Below, in pieces: positions 28,186 to 38,854 of a stretch of DNA of 42,601 nt (within the stretch, counting starts at the first letter, position 1; each line of letters opens with the position of its first letter). The stretch comes from Trichomonas gallinae. Lineage: Eukaryota. The stretch spans positions 1-42,601 of the forward strand of contig MRSU01010994.1 of assembly GCA_008369845.1 (NCBI GenBank), given 5' to 3'. Made by a program: the position numbers and the translations under genes. Under the pieces are notes generated by a model that saw only the letters and a list, made by a program, of their open reading frames with translations, was not told the origin of the DNA and ran no database searches.

Positions 28186-29715
28186 ATGTCGCATCCAATT
28201 AAGCTTGTTCCAGAGAGATATGAAAGTTCTGCAGAGCAGCCTTCCCAAAACCAGAATTTAGTTCCCCGCAAATGCTGGCTCAGAATCACTCAGCTACTTA
28301 TGAAACCTTCATTATTCGAAAAAAATCAGAAATTGCGTATCATTGTACACGTTCCGAATTCGAACCGTGAAGTCAAAACCAAAAAGATATCGCTTGATGA
28401 GCATGCAATTCGTTTTCTTCAAACACATACTAATAACGCAGGTTTTTCTCAAATTCCAATTGACGCAACAATTATTTATGAATACAAACACGATATACAA
28501 GTCGAGCACCCTTCAATAATGATAATAGATGTTGAAGTTATCTCTTCTATTCTCGGAAGAACGAAAAGGATCGGACAACTCTCAGTTAATATGTCTGAAG
28601 TCATCCAGAAAAATATCAAGAACACATTCTCGATTGGAAAGGAAGGCAACGTGATTGCTTTGCTCACAGCGGAAATATTTTCAATGTCAATCGCCAGAAA
28701 AACACCAGAAGGCATCGTCCATTCTTACTCCACTCTCTCCGACTCCGAGTCAGAGCTCGATCCTGAGTCTGTTGGAGCCTCGGAATCCTTGTTGCCAAAG
28801 ATGATCAGCCAAAAAAGAATTGTTTTCGCTGATGACAACTCGTCAGAAGGTCAGATAATTAAGCAGTATTTGTCTGTTACTGATTATTATATTCCAGTCC
28901 GCTCCGTTTCGACAATTCAAAAATTTTTGAACGCTGCTTCGCAAATTGTTCCTTCACAGAACCCGATTGTTGTTGTACTCGCCGGTGATGACTTCTTTGT
29001 TTGCTCATTCCTTAAAGAAATCGCTGCATTTCGCGATCGCGGATTAATTAATCAGGAATCTTTCGCTATTTTCGTATTACCTCTCAAGCCAAAGAATTCT
29101 ACATTCGCGCAGTTCTTGGGTGGCAAATCTCTTAAATATACGAATCAATTTTTGAATCAGAAATGGTATGATTTCTTTTCTGAAGAGAATTCGACACCAA
29201 TCCATGGCCCACAGGTATGTGGAACACTCAGTCAGCTGTTTACCTCAGAAATGAAGCCTTTCATCGTTTCTGTGGGCGATGTATTAATTACGACGATGTC
29301 AGATCAATATGTTGTCCCAATGTTCAACGACATTGCCATTGGAGACCCAACGACAATGGATAGATCCAAGCAAGCAAACCCGCCTTTCAATGCTAAGTGC
29401 ACATTTACCAGCAACAAGACCAGACACGACGCTATCAAGTTCCACTTGATGCACATAACAATGGACCAGAATGGAAACATCACCGTTGGCTGGAGCATCC
29501 TCACAAGCAACCTTATGCAGATTTTCCAATCAAATGACAAGCAGCAAATCGAAACTGAGACAGAAAAATGCACAAAGTTCTCCATGACGAACACAAAGGG
29601 CCAGCAGCCACTCGATATCTTAATCGACGGACACAAGATATCTGGAGTCATTGGACTCAGTGTTACTTTGAGAGATCATTCTGCATCGGTCTCATTGTCA
29701 TGCTTCACAGAGTAA
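28186..29715 (+). CDS. PACS-1/PACS-2-like phosphofurin acidic cluster sorting protein
   Basis: N-terminal FBR-like VPRKCWLRITQL...YEYKH...ILGRTKRIGQLSVNMSEVIQ, then an acidic cluster. C-terminal PACS-domain-like VVLAGDDFFVCSFL...FVLPL...AQFLG..SLKY...FL.Q.WYDFF and ILIDG. Confidence 0.78.
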   Translation: MSHPIKLVPERYESSAEQPSQNQNLVPRKCWLRITQLLMKPSLFEKNQKLRIIVHVPNSNREVKTKKISLDEHAIRFLQTHTNNAGFSQIPIDATIIYEYKHDIQVEHPSIMIIDVEVISSILGRTKRIGQLSVNMSEVIQKNIKNTFSIGKEGNVIALLTAEIFSMSIARKTPEGIVHSYSTLSDSESELDPESVGASESLLPKMISQKRIVFADDNSSEGQIIKQYLSVTDYYIPVRSVSTIQKFLNAASQIVPSQNPIVVVLAGDDFFVCSFLKEIAAFRDRGLINQESFAIFVLPLKPKNSTFAQFLGGKSLKYTNQFLNQKWYDFFSEENSTPIHGPQVCGTLSQLFTSEMKPFIVSVGDVLITTMSDQYVVPMFNDIAIGDPTTMDRSKQANPPFNAKCTFTSNKTRHDAIKFHLMHITMDQNGNITVGWSILTSNLMQIFQSNDKQQIETETEKCTKFSMTNTKGQQPLDILIDGHKISGVIGLSVTLRDHSASVSLSCFTE

Positions 29716-30337
29716 TTCATCAATGATTTTCATTTTATTTTTATTTTGTTGATTAAATTATTTGTTATTTTCTGATTTCATCTTAATAGAAACAAAGAAC
29801 TCCTCAATAACACACATTTAATTTATTCATATTGAAATTTCTAATTGAATTTAATGAATTTTCATTTTGATTGTTGTGTTTTGTGGTCGTTTTTGTATAA
29901 AATTGGAGTATATCCATATAGTATCACTTTTCCAAATACATCTTCTATAAAATTCGAAGGTTTTATGACTCGGGCAAATTTATACAGTAATATAAGGTAC
30001 TATATCAACTGGTTATATTTATTTTTGAAAAATGAATCTTTTTCCCATAAATGTGCACATAACAAATCAATTAATTCATATTTGATACATTATTTTCCAA
30101 TATATCTTTGTATAGAAAATACTTGCAATCAAATAACTATTATTGTTATGTAGGATTTATATTATAACATATAAACCCTATTGTTTGATTCTATGTTGCC
30201 TGATGGTTATCCAATTAAATGTCAAAGAATATATACGAGTGCAAAAAACTGAAAAAAACTATAGAGAAGAATATAGATGATTGACATACATAAAAAAAAC
30301 ATTTATATATATTAATAAACAATAAAAAGAATAAAAG

Positions 30338-31672
30338 TTATCCTCGAAGGATATAATTAATAATGAAAGCTATGATGACGGTAGCTATAGAAAGCTTCAG
30401 CTGGTTTCCTGATGTCATTATATGGCCAGAACTCAATGCAGCAATTAATCCGCCAATGAAAGGCATTTTGTAGGCATTACCAACTGGATTTCCGTCCGAA
30501 TCTATGTCGTACATCAGCCAGTTGTCTGGGTCTATATACTTCCAGTCCCCTTCTTTCAGTTTTAGTAATTTGGCAAATATTGACGAAGGATCAGTTATTG
30601 TCACGTTCCTTGTATATGAATATGGTTCTTTCTTAGTTCCGCAGTATAATAGGAAAGAGCCCCCTTCCCACATCAGTTTCCACACGAACGGGCTGTAGAA
30701 GTACCCACTGTACTGCCATACACTAGTATTCGCCCTGTATTCAATCGATTTCCCCCCGCGAAAAATCAGTGTCGTCGGGAACATTGTGTAATTCCACTTA
30801 GACTTCGGCAAGGTTGTTTCGTTTCGCAAGTACGCGAATCTTATAGTAGGGTAGGCGTGCGACAATGCCCTCAAGAAGAAAGGCGGAGACTCGTCGAATG
30901 CGAAAGATATGATGTGAGTTGCATAAGGTTCATTTTTCACCCAGTTTGCTGCTTCTTCGACATCGCCCATCTTGAGGATGTGGTGAGGGGTGAGATTTGT
31001 TATCCATTTCTTCAGCATGTCGGTGTCTGCCGTTCTATAAATCTTTTTCACGACGATTTGGTTTTTGCTGTTTCTTTTAATGAAGCAAACACACGGTAGT
31101 GACGTTATTTTGAACTTCTCGAAGAACCAGGGACCACATTCTTCGTGAGAAATGCGCCAAAAAGAGAAATAAGGTGAAAATTCAGTATATGCACTTTCAA
31201 AAGCGCGTCCATAGTCATACGAGTAGTTCTGCGCGTTCTCACTGTATGCGAGAACGAAGCAGCAATCTGTGTATTGCAGTAATTTTTCAGGATATTGAAA
31301 TAAATATAATGGCGTTTTGTAATCGACGGGATTTAGGTCATAGTCATGGAAGAATATGTCGCTTAGACCTTTTTTGCGTATCTTTGAGACGAAATCTGTG
31401 GCTTTTTCTCGAGTTGTTTTTATCTTGCCTTCTGAAACTATTCGATAATGATCAAATAAATATTTGCGTTCTTCATTTTTAAGAATTTCATATGCATCTG
31501 TGATTCGTTCGAAGATTTCTTTTGAATCTGTTTGGAGTTGATTTAACAATCTTTGGTATGCAGCCTCGATTTCCTCTTGCAAAGCATTTGGGGGTAATCC
31601 TAGGATAGCATACGGATTATCCCCGTGGCGCAGAACAGCGAATGTTCGCGCCACGAAAGAAAAGAAAAACAT
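30338..31672 (-). CDS. ER J-domain-like plus thioredoxin-like membrane protein (DNAJC16/ERdj-like), HPD-less
   Basis: Signal peptide, NPYAILGL...EIEAAY...FERITDAYEIL..EERK..FD, two Trx-like folds (FKITSLPCVCF, TMFPTTLIFRG) and a C-terminal TM. Confidence 0.8.
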   Translation of the reverse strand: MFFFSFVARTFAVLRHGDNPYAILGLPPNALQEEIEAAYQRLLNQLQTDSKEIFERITDAYEILKNEERKYLFDHYRIVSEGKIKTTREKATDFVSKIRKKGLSDIFFHDYDLNPVDYKTPLYLFQYPEKLLQYTDCCFVLAYSENAQNYSYDYGRAFESAYTEFSPYFSFWRISHEECGPWFFEKFKITSLPCVCFIKRNSKNQIVVKKIYRTADTDMLKKWITNLTPHHILKMGDVEEAANWVKNEPYATHIISFAFDESPPFFLRALSHAYPTIRFAYLRNETTLPKSKWNYTMFPTTLIFRGGKSIEYRANTSVWQYSGYFYSPFVWKLMWEGGSFLLYCGTKKEPYSYTRNVTITDPSSIFAKLLKLKEGDWKYIDPDNWLMYDIDSDGNPVGNAYKMPFIGGLIAALSSGHIMTSGNQLKLSIATVIIAFIINYILRG

Positions 31673-32308
31673 TTATGACAAATTTTTATTTTCATAAAAT
31701 TACCTTAAGAATAGATCATATTTTGCATCCTAAGTCTGTTTGCGCAAAAATTTTGATGTTTTATTGAAGATTTAAATATGTTGATCAAATTATTTCGATT
31801 TTAACTATTTTCATTGATTTCATCAATTATATTTTTAGAAATCAAGCATAATTAATTTATTATAAATATCATAAATCGATAATTTTAATTTTGAATAAAT
31901 ATATTAATCAAATTTGACTCTTATTAACCTCATTAAAACCTTATTTGAGGTTATATATGACAATATTTAAGTCTATAGGACATCTTATCAAAATATTTTC
32001 ATAATTCATGAAATCCATAGAATGTGAGATAAGAGCATGTAACTAACTATTCATATTACATTCGCTGTATTAAAACTTAATAATACACCAATATTCACTG
32101 ATTCATTTGATAAAATGAATATATTTTAAAATAGACATGTATATTGTTATAATTTGCTAATTACAAACGATATTCATATCAATATGACGACAATTCATTT
32201 AAAAGTTTGGAATTGAAAAATCAATTTATGAATTATCTAAGAAAATTATACTATTCAAAGAATGATGCTATAAATCTTGAGATAATGATAGATAATAAAA
32301 ACGAAAAT

Positions 32309-35300
32309 TTAAAATACAATATTAGTTGGCATGAATGATGCAGATGACAAATCGCGAGATTTTCTATCTTCTAACAATTTTGGTGATAGTGTGTCTAATT
32401 TGTTTGTTGACAACACAGCAGGCAGCTCTTTGATAGACTCAATGCTGTTGAGGTAGTTCGGCTCGAATTTAACAGCGGCCTGTTTAAACGTTTCCTGCCA
32501 CTCATAGATTGGCCAAATGTTAATCTTCATCCACTGCTCTTTGATTGAGTTGACTGTCTCAGATAAAATGAATGACGCGTCATATATTGGATGCACAGGG
32601 AACAAAAGCGCTTCTTCGAACATCAATTTAGACTGCGTGACAAAATTCCTTGTAATTGCGAACTCCTCTGGGAAATAAATAGGCGGGAAGTTCTTCTTTT
32701 GGACTTGCTTTGTCTGCGTTAGATCAATTGCGACGCCACTCTTAGAAATCAATGTCAAGAACTTGAGAGAAACAGCTGCATGCTCAGGTTCAACATCGAA
32801 TGATGCGCGGTTAGCAATCGGAGCGAAAACAGAAGCAGAAATTTGCTCAGTTTCCAGTAGTTCTGCGCACATTCTGAAAACTAAACTTGCTGCATTTCTC
32901 GGCAAAACATACAAGAACTTATCTAATAATGTGACAACTAGAGAGATGTCTTGCTCAGAGAGACATTTAGCAAGTGTCCTCTTAGGTGCATCGAGTTCGA
33001 ATGGCCATACCATGTCATCGAGGCGTCCCAAGTCGTCGTGAACAGTACTACCGCAGAAATCAGAAAGTGGGATGAAGAATAACAATGAAATTGCAAATGT
33101 CTTCTTGTTGTCTCCTTCATAAACCAAATTCGTCATATTATTCTTGAATATAGAGATGAATATTGTGTGTATAATAGAAACGGCTTCAACAGACAAGGCT
33201 GTCTGTGTTAATGCATTCAACAAGCCTTTGAAACTCTGCGGATGTGCTTCCTTCTTCAAAGCTTGAACAGTTGCAGGGTGATTGAGAAGTATATCCATTA
33301 ATGTCAAAGCTGATTTGACGAGTTCCGCCATTTCTTTGCTCGACGAGCAGTTCAAGAAACTTGCCGCGATGAAGAATAACTGTGGATGTGGCTCTGAGTC
33401 GTTTTTAACAAGTCCAGCGAGAACTTTTATGCATTCGCTGATGTAAACGATTAATTTTCCTGTCTCTGGTTGTACGTCTTGGAAGAATGTTATCAGTTTC
33501 CAATCTTTGTTGACATTATTTGTGACTTCATACAAAACTTGCGAGCAGATCTGCATGGCCGAAATCAGTCCATCGAAAATACCGTGCGACTGAGGTAGAA
33601 GCATGTGTCCGTACCATGTTAATGCTCTTGTTGCGATTTCTGTGTCACCACAGCAAAGACCCCAAGTGATGAAATGTTGGCCGATGACAATTTGTCTTTC
33701 TTTCGAGAGACTGAATATATAATCTCTCGCGTAAATAGACACGTTGCTGCTGTGTATATCAGTGTACTTAGGGATAATGTTCTTTATCAAGACAGTGCAA
33801 TCCATTTTAAGTGGATTAATCAAAGCGAAGACTAAGACAACGTCAGCGAGTTCATCACTCAAGTTCCAAACGTCATATGTCATCCTCAAGAATGATACGC
33901 AGAAGTTTACAATCGCTTTGTAGGTCTTAGGTTGGACTTCCAATAAGTCATCCTCTTCTTCTTCTTTCGCATCATTATTTTTCTCTTTCTCTTCTTCTTC
34001 GTCTTCTTCGACAGAATCGTGTGCATTTGCTTTGGCTGTCAAGTTATGCATGTACAACCACATCTGGAACGAAAAAACGTATTTCAAGATCGGAACGACT
34101 TGATCTGTTTGGTCGCTCAGCAAATATGATGTAATGTTCTTACAGTTGCTGATGGATCCGCCGTTGAACTGGCCTTCCATGATGATATATTTAACTAAAA
34201 AGTCAACAATCGATACAGGGTATTTTCCTTTTTCGTGGCTGATTCTGTCGATGATTCCAAGAAGATTGGCTGACACAGGGAGCTGCAAAAGTAAATCTAC
34301 GAATGATACAGTTGAAAACACAGTGAATTCAAGTGCGGTGTTAAAGAAAACATGATGCTTCTTGATATCAAAATGAATTTCGTTTATCCATGGAAGGACA
34401 ATATTCCCGAGATCAGTATGATAAGGAAAGTCCATCATGAATTGGAACATCCAGTAAACAAACTGCTCACCGCAGAAAGCGAATTCTTCGGCAAGGAAAT
34501 TAGTCATCATCTTCATAGCATGAGATAGAAGTGCTACAAGTGAAGTCTTGAAAGCGTTAGATATACTGTCCAAGAAATCAAGTGATCTAACTAAAAGCGG
34601 ACGCTTATTCAAATGATGCGATGCAATTGCAACAACATTTGCGATCAAAGAAAATGCTTTGCGCTTGATATCATTTTCGTAGTTTTCTGTTGTCAAATAT
34701 AGGAAAGCCAATGCGAATAAACTGCCTGATTTCTGGTATATAGAATGAATTACTCCTTGTAATATAACATTATTCTTTGCAAGCTCAAAAACTTCTTCCA
34801 TCGAATTAAGAAAATCGTTTTTGTTATGATAAGGTATCATCAAACTTGTTATTGCCTTGAAGAACTTTCGTCCTTGATGATCTCCAGCGTTCTCAATGTA
34901 TACATCTAGGAGCAACAAAAAGTTCGTCGACAGGAAAGCTTTGACAACAGCGTCTTCTTTCGAGAATATATCATCAAGAATCTCATCGTAGATTGACTTT
35001 GGCGGAGGAATGAAATTCATCAACCATCCAAGAGTTTCCATTGATGCTTTGTCGTTCTTCTTGAAGAGATATTTGAACCATACGTCTTTTCTGATGTGTT
35101 TCTCGAAGTTATTTGTTGGCGTGCTGTATAATGCGAAAACATTATTAATATTTTCTGGATAAATCTTGAAAATCGTTGATGCAGCGAGAAGAAGGTTACT
35201 ATGGAATCTCGGACTCTCTTCCTGGTTCTGGAGCATTTGAGGAAGCTGGGTTAATATATTAATCGCGATGTTCTTTTCAATCATCGTCATATTGTGCATG

Positions 35301-37936
35301 GATGCATAGCGATGGATACCAAAGCAGATGCCGTTAGCAAACAATAAAGTTTTGGAGGAATCAAAAATGCTATAAATCGTTTGAATAGATAAGCAACTGA
35401 AAAGTGCTTCAAGGGAGAATTCTGACATTCCATTAATTGTTGCAAGGAAATCAACTGTGTAGATGCAATTTTCATCGAATTTTTCAGATAAAGTCAAAAC
35501 TATTGTAGCAAGATTGCAAATATAAGAAGGATTGGCAAGAGATTTCCTGGATCCGTTCATTCTTTCGAACGAATGAATGATTGATAAAATTATATTTTGG
35601 AAATCAATTTTGTTTTCTGTGTTATGCTGCTTCATTAAATATAAAAGACTTGCGAAATAGTATCCGTAAACGTTTGCATAAGGAGAATCAATAATATCTT
35701 CAAATTTTGGAATTGTTGGTTCATGAGACTGTCTATCATTTGAAAATGTGAGGCCAATTAACGCATGACTCCATCCAAGGTTCGAAATTTCGTCAGTAAC
35801 GTTTAATATTAAATCAAACATTGCGCTGTTCTTGACTTTACCAATAATTGATGTTGCTATGTTACGTACTTGAGCTGATGGCGATGATAGAGCGTAAAGA
35901 ACGCCAACATCAAGTTCTTTAATTGATGCATCGTTGAAAGTGTAATTCATTGCATAAGAAACGGACACAATCTCATTGAGAGTGTAGAGGATTCTATACA
36001 AGTTCTGTTGGAAGCCGCTGTCAATCTTGAATAATCTGCTAAGAATTTGGATGAAATTTCGAGCTTGAGGTTCAGAATTGACAGCAATGACTGCACACGA
36101 ACGCATAGATACGACAGAAATATATGCATCCGATGACAAAATGCAACGACTTAAATTTTCAATTGGAGCTTTGTCTCCTAGCGAGCAGAAAATGGTTATA
36201 GCCTGTATAAGGGCTGGAGAAACTGTACTTATGTCTCCACATGATGATCTGAATTTAATTTCATCTTCATATTTGTTATACATCTGTATTTCGCCTTTTA
36301 TGTCATATTTAGATGTCCATTTATTGAGTAGAGCCAAATTCTTTGGCATAAATGTTGTTATAACGTTTGGATAAGCATCATTATAAATATGCAATGTCAA
36401 CATATCAATATCTCCATGGAAGTAATCAAGAGAGCCCATAATTGGCGTAGAAACAGCTATTTCATGGCGCTCTATTGCTTGTGGCTCTTGTTCGGAAATA
36501 AATGGCAAAGAAAGACTGGCACCATAAGAAGCAAACTCAACGCGTGCATCACCTAGATATGGGAAATTCGATCTGACTGAAAGAACCTGCTGCAAACAAA
36601 GAAGAAGAGCAGTTGTATTCAAAGATTCAAAAGTTTTGCTGTCTTGAATGATTGGAAGATGGTCAACACAGAACATGGGAATGTTATATGAGATAAATTG
36701 AAGCAAAAATTCAGATAATTCCAATTGACAATTTTTGAATAATGTAGGATTTGCTAAAATTGTGTCGAACATATGTGTCATGACGCTATCATCGTCAATA
36801 TGCCATTTGTAGTTCTCGTGAGTCTTTTGGATGATAATTGGAGGCAAATAATGTTTTCCTCGAAGGAAATACGTAAATGATTTGATTAAAACGTATCCAA
36901 TGGCATCATTGTTGAGCTTCTTTTTCAGAAATGTGTTGAAATAAGTCATATAATTCATTTTCAGTTTTGGATTATCGATGAATATTTGTAACATTGTGTG
37001 CGTAATAATCAGCTTGCCGTAGTAATTCGATGATGATATTCTTTTCGTTAAGTTTTGATATATTTCTAAAACAAATTTCGAATTTTGCATATCTTTTGAA
37101 TTTGCTAATAAAGTCCCGAAGAAGTTTGTCAAGAAATCTGGGATGATGTCTGTGAATTCAGGTGGGCAATGTTTAGAGTCTAGGAACTTCAAAATCGAAG
37201 TGAAAAATTTAATTAATCCTTTTTCGTCAGTTTTCATAAATTCAGATATTGGAAGTGCCATTTGAGAATACAGTGCGAAGTAAATCGTATAATCTACTAT
37301 GCGAGGGCCTTTAGTAAGTTTTCCTTGCGTCGTAATGAAAGAAAAACCAAAAACTGGTTGAGCTGACGTAATGATATGTACTGAACCCGACATTTTTAGA
37401 GCCGTAATGTAATGAAAAACTTTGTATTTCGCATCTTCTTCTGTAATTAAATAACTGATTATTCTGCTTAATATTTGTACAGAGTCATTTATATTAGCAT
37501 TGGCCGAAAGAAGCTCTTGTAAGTAGAAATGAATGATCATTTCATTCAATAAGCGAACAGAAATGCGGAAATAAATATTTTTCCAAGCATCTTGTATAGA
37601 TGGACCATGAAGATAAGTAAGTGCGCCATTTTCTGACATAGGTAAGTCCGATGATTGTAGATTTACATTAGGTAACATGTTGATTAACATATTTAAACCA
37701 TTCAAAGGCGAGTTTTTCGTAATTTCAGCGAAAGGGCGAATAATTAATGGAAGAGTATGGTCAAATTCCCAGAAAACTGCAAGTGTTTGATAAAGCTTTT
37801 TGAGATTTTCATCTTCTTTCGAAGAATCAAAAGTCGGAAGAAACGCAATCAGTTCTTTACAAATGCTCTGGAGTGATGACTTGAAGTTGGGCTTGTTAAA
37901 AAGCGCAACTACAATACTCGACTCCTTCGCCGACAT
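32309..37936 (-). CDS. Furry/Tao3/Mor2-like large HEAT/ARM scaffold (1875 aa)
   Basis: Large solenoid with LPWINEI, TWGLCCGDTEIATRAL (compare Furry/Tao3 W...C..RH.A.RS) and PQLFF (compare PQLFW) in the expected order. Confidence 0.65.
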   Translation of the reverse strand: MSAKESSIVVALFNKPNFKSSLQSICKELIAFLPTFDSSKEDENLKKLYQTLAVFWEFDHTLPLIIRPFAEITKNSPLNGLNMLINMLPNVNLQSSDLPMSENGALTYLHGPSIQDAWKNIYFRISVRLLNEMIIHFYLQELLSANANINDSVQILSRIISYLITEEDAKYKVFHYITALKMSGSVHIITSAQPVFGFSFITTQGKLTKGPRIVDYTIYFALYSQMALPISEFMKTDEKGLIKFFTSILKFLDSKHCPPEFTDIIPDFLTNFFGTLLANSKDMQNSKFVLEIYQNLTKRISSSNYYGKLIITHTMLQIFIDNPKLKMNYMTYFNTFLKKKLNNDAIGYVLIKSFTYFLRGKHYLPPIIIQKTHENYKWHIDDDSVMTHMFDTILANPTLFKNCQLELSEFLLQFISYNIPMFCVDHLPIIQDSKTFESLNTTALLLCLQQVLSVRSNFPYLGDARVEFASYGASLSLPFISEQEPQAIERHEIAVSTPIMGSLDYFHGDIDMLTLHIYNDAYPNVITTFMPKNLALLNKWTSKYDIKGEIQMYNKYEDEIKFRSSCGDISTVSPALIQAITIFCSLGDKAPIENLSRCILSSDAYISVVSMRSCAVIAVNSEPQARNFIQILSRLFKIDSGFQQNLYRILYTLNEIVSVSYAMNYTFNDASIKELDVGVLYALSSPSAQVRNIATSIIGKVKNSAMFDLILNVTDEISNLGWSHALIGLTFSNDRQSHEPTIPKFEDIIDSPYANVYGYYFASLLYLMKQHNTENKIDFQNIILSIIHSFERMNGSRKSLANPSYICNLATIVLTLSEKFDENCIYTVDFLATINGMSEFSLEALFSCLSIQTIYSIFDSSKTLLFANGICFGIHRYASMHNMTMIEKNIAINILTQLPQMLQNQEESPRFHSNLLLAASTIFKIYPENINNVFALYSTPTNNFEKHIRKDVWFKYLFKKNDKASMETLGWLMNFIPPPKSIYDEILDDIFSKEDAVVKAFLSTNFLLLLDVYIENAGDHQGRKFFKAITSLMIPYHNKNDFLNSMEEVFELAKNNVILQGVIHSIYQKSGSLFALAFLYLTTENYENDIKRKAFSLIANVVAIASHHLNKRPLLVRSLDFLDSISNAFKTSLVALLSHAMKMMTNFLAEEFAFCGEQFVYWMFQFMMDFPYHTDLGNIVLPWINEIHFDIKKHHVFFNTALEFTVFSTVSFVDLLLQLPVSANLLGIIDRISHEKGKYPVSIVDFLVKYIIMEGQFNGGSISNCKNITSYLLSDQTDQVVPILKYVFSFQMWLYMHNLTAKANAHDSVEEDEEEEKEKNNDAKEEEEDDLLEVQPKTYKAIVNFCVSFLRMTYDVWNLSDELADVVLVFALINPLKMDCTVLIKNIIPKYTDIHSSNVSIYARDYIFSLSKERQIVIGQHFITWGLCCGDTEIATRALTWYGHMLLPQSHGIFDGLISAMQICSQVLYEVTNNVNKDWKLITFFQDVQPETGKLIVYISECIKVLAGLVKNDSEPHPQLFFIAASFLNCSSSKEMAELVKSALTLMDILLNHPATVQALKKEAHPQSFKGLLNALTQTALSVEAVSIIHTIFISIFKNNMTNLVYEGDNKKTFAISLLFFIPLSDFCGSTVHDDLGRLDDMVWPFELDAPKRTLAKCLSEQDISLVVTLLDKFLYVLPRNAASLVFRMCAELLETEQISASVFAPIANRASFDVEPEHAAVSLKFLTLISKSGVAIDLTQTKQVQKKNFPPIYFPEEFAITRNFVTQSKLMFEEALLFPVHPIYDASFILSETVNSIKEQWMKINIWPIYEWQETFKQAAVKFEPNYLNSIESIKELPAVLSTNKLDTLSPKLLEDRKSRDLSSASFMPTNIVF

Positions 37937-38281
37937 TTTTCTAAATAAAAATAATTTTATTCACTTTCTTTTTCATATTTTTAGCATCGCCTATATATAA
38001 CAATGAAAATTTTATTTTTTTTTACAAAATTACAAAAAAGTTGAAAATGTGAATCTGTTGCATATAAATATTCATAATTTATTCATATTTCGGAAAAATA
38101 TTTATTACATAAAAGTGACATTTTGATTTGACATAAAAATAACCTTATTACTATGGTTGACTTGTTTTCGAATGTATGTAAGATAATAATGATTGCTCTA
38201 TGCACTATGCAGAAGATTGATTAATGCCATAATAATTCACTATTCACTAATATATTTTCGTCCAAACTCGTCTAGAAATGG

Positions 38282-38748
38282 CGATTTTTCTAAAAATCAA
38301 GTTTGTAAAATGTAAATCTGACATGTAAAATACACAAAATTAGACTAAGTATGACAATCCGTCATGTAAATCAAATTCCTTACATCCATCAAATATATAT
38401 AATAAATATTTTTCGATCATTTATAAACACTGTATTAGTTTAATTTTTTGCTAACAATACTGGACTCAAAAACATCAAGAAAAAACGATTTTTGTAAAAA
38501 TCAAGTTTCACTTTTTGTTAAAAATAACAGCATCTGACATGTAAAATTTAATGTCATTGTTTACATTCTAATATTATTTTTCGAACGAAAAAATCGAAAA
38601 ATAAAATTTGAATAAAATGTTTGACACTATTGCGGTTTGAGTGTACATTTTGAAATAGTTGTTATTCTTTTCAAGGTGAATTCGAAATTGAATGAAACCG
38701 CGAAAAGTATCACAACTATTACTAAATATGACAATCTGTCATGTAAAA
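38282..38748. repeat. Degenerate duplicated promoter modules
   Basis: CGATTTTT(C/G)TAAAAATCAAGTTT at ~38282 and ~38486. ATCTGACATGTAAAAT at ~38316 and ~38533. ACTAA(G/A)TATGACAATC(C/T)GTCATGTAAA at 38344 and 38721. Confidence 0.7.
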
Positions 38749-38854
38749 CACTTTTGCTAATTTTATGAGTTTTTTTTATAGACATATAGATTAGGTCATA
38801 AGATATATAATTACAAGTTTACATATTATATAAAACAAAAATAATATGAAATAA

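Noticed and set aside
27863..28261. 132-aa ORF overlapping the PACS start
   Set aside because: N/I/K/F-rich translation of AT-rich promoter DNA, out of frame with the real gene.
29845..30153. 102-aa ORF between PACS and the J-protein
   Set aside because: TTG start, AT-rich low-information composition and no motif.
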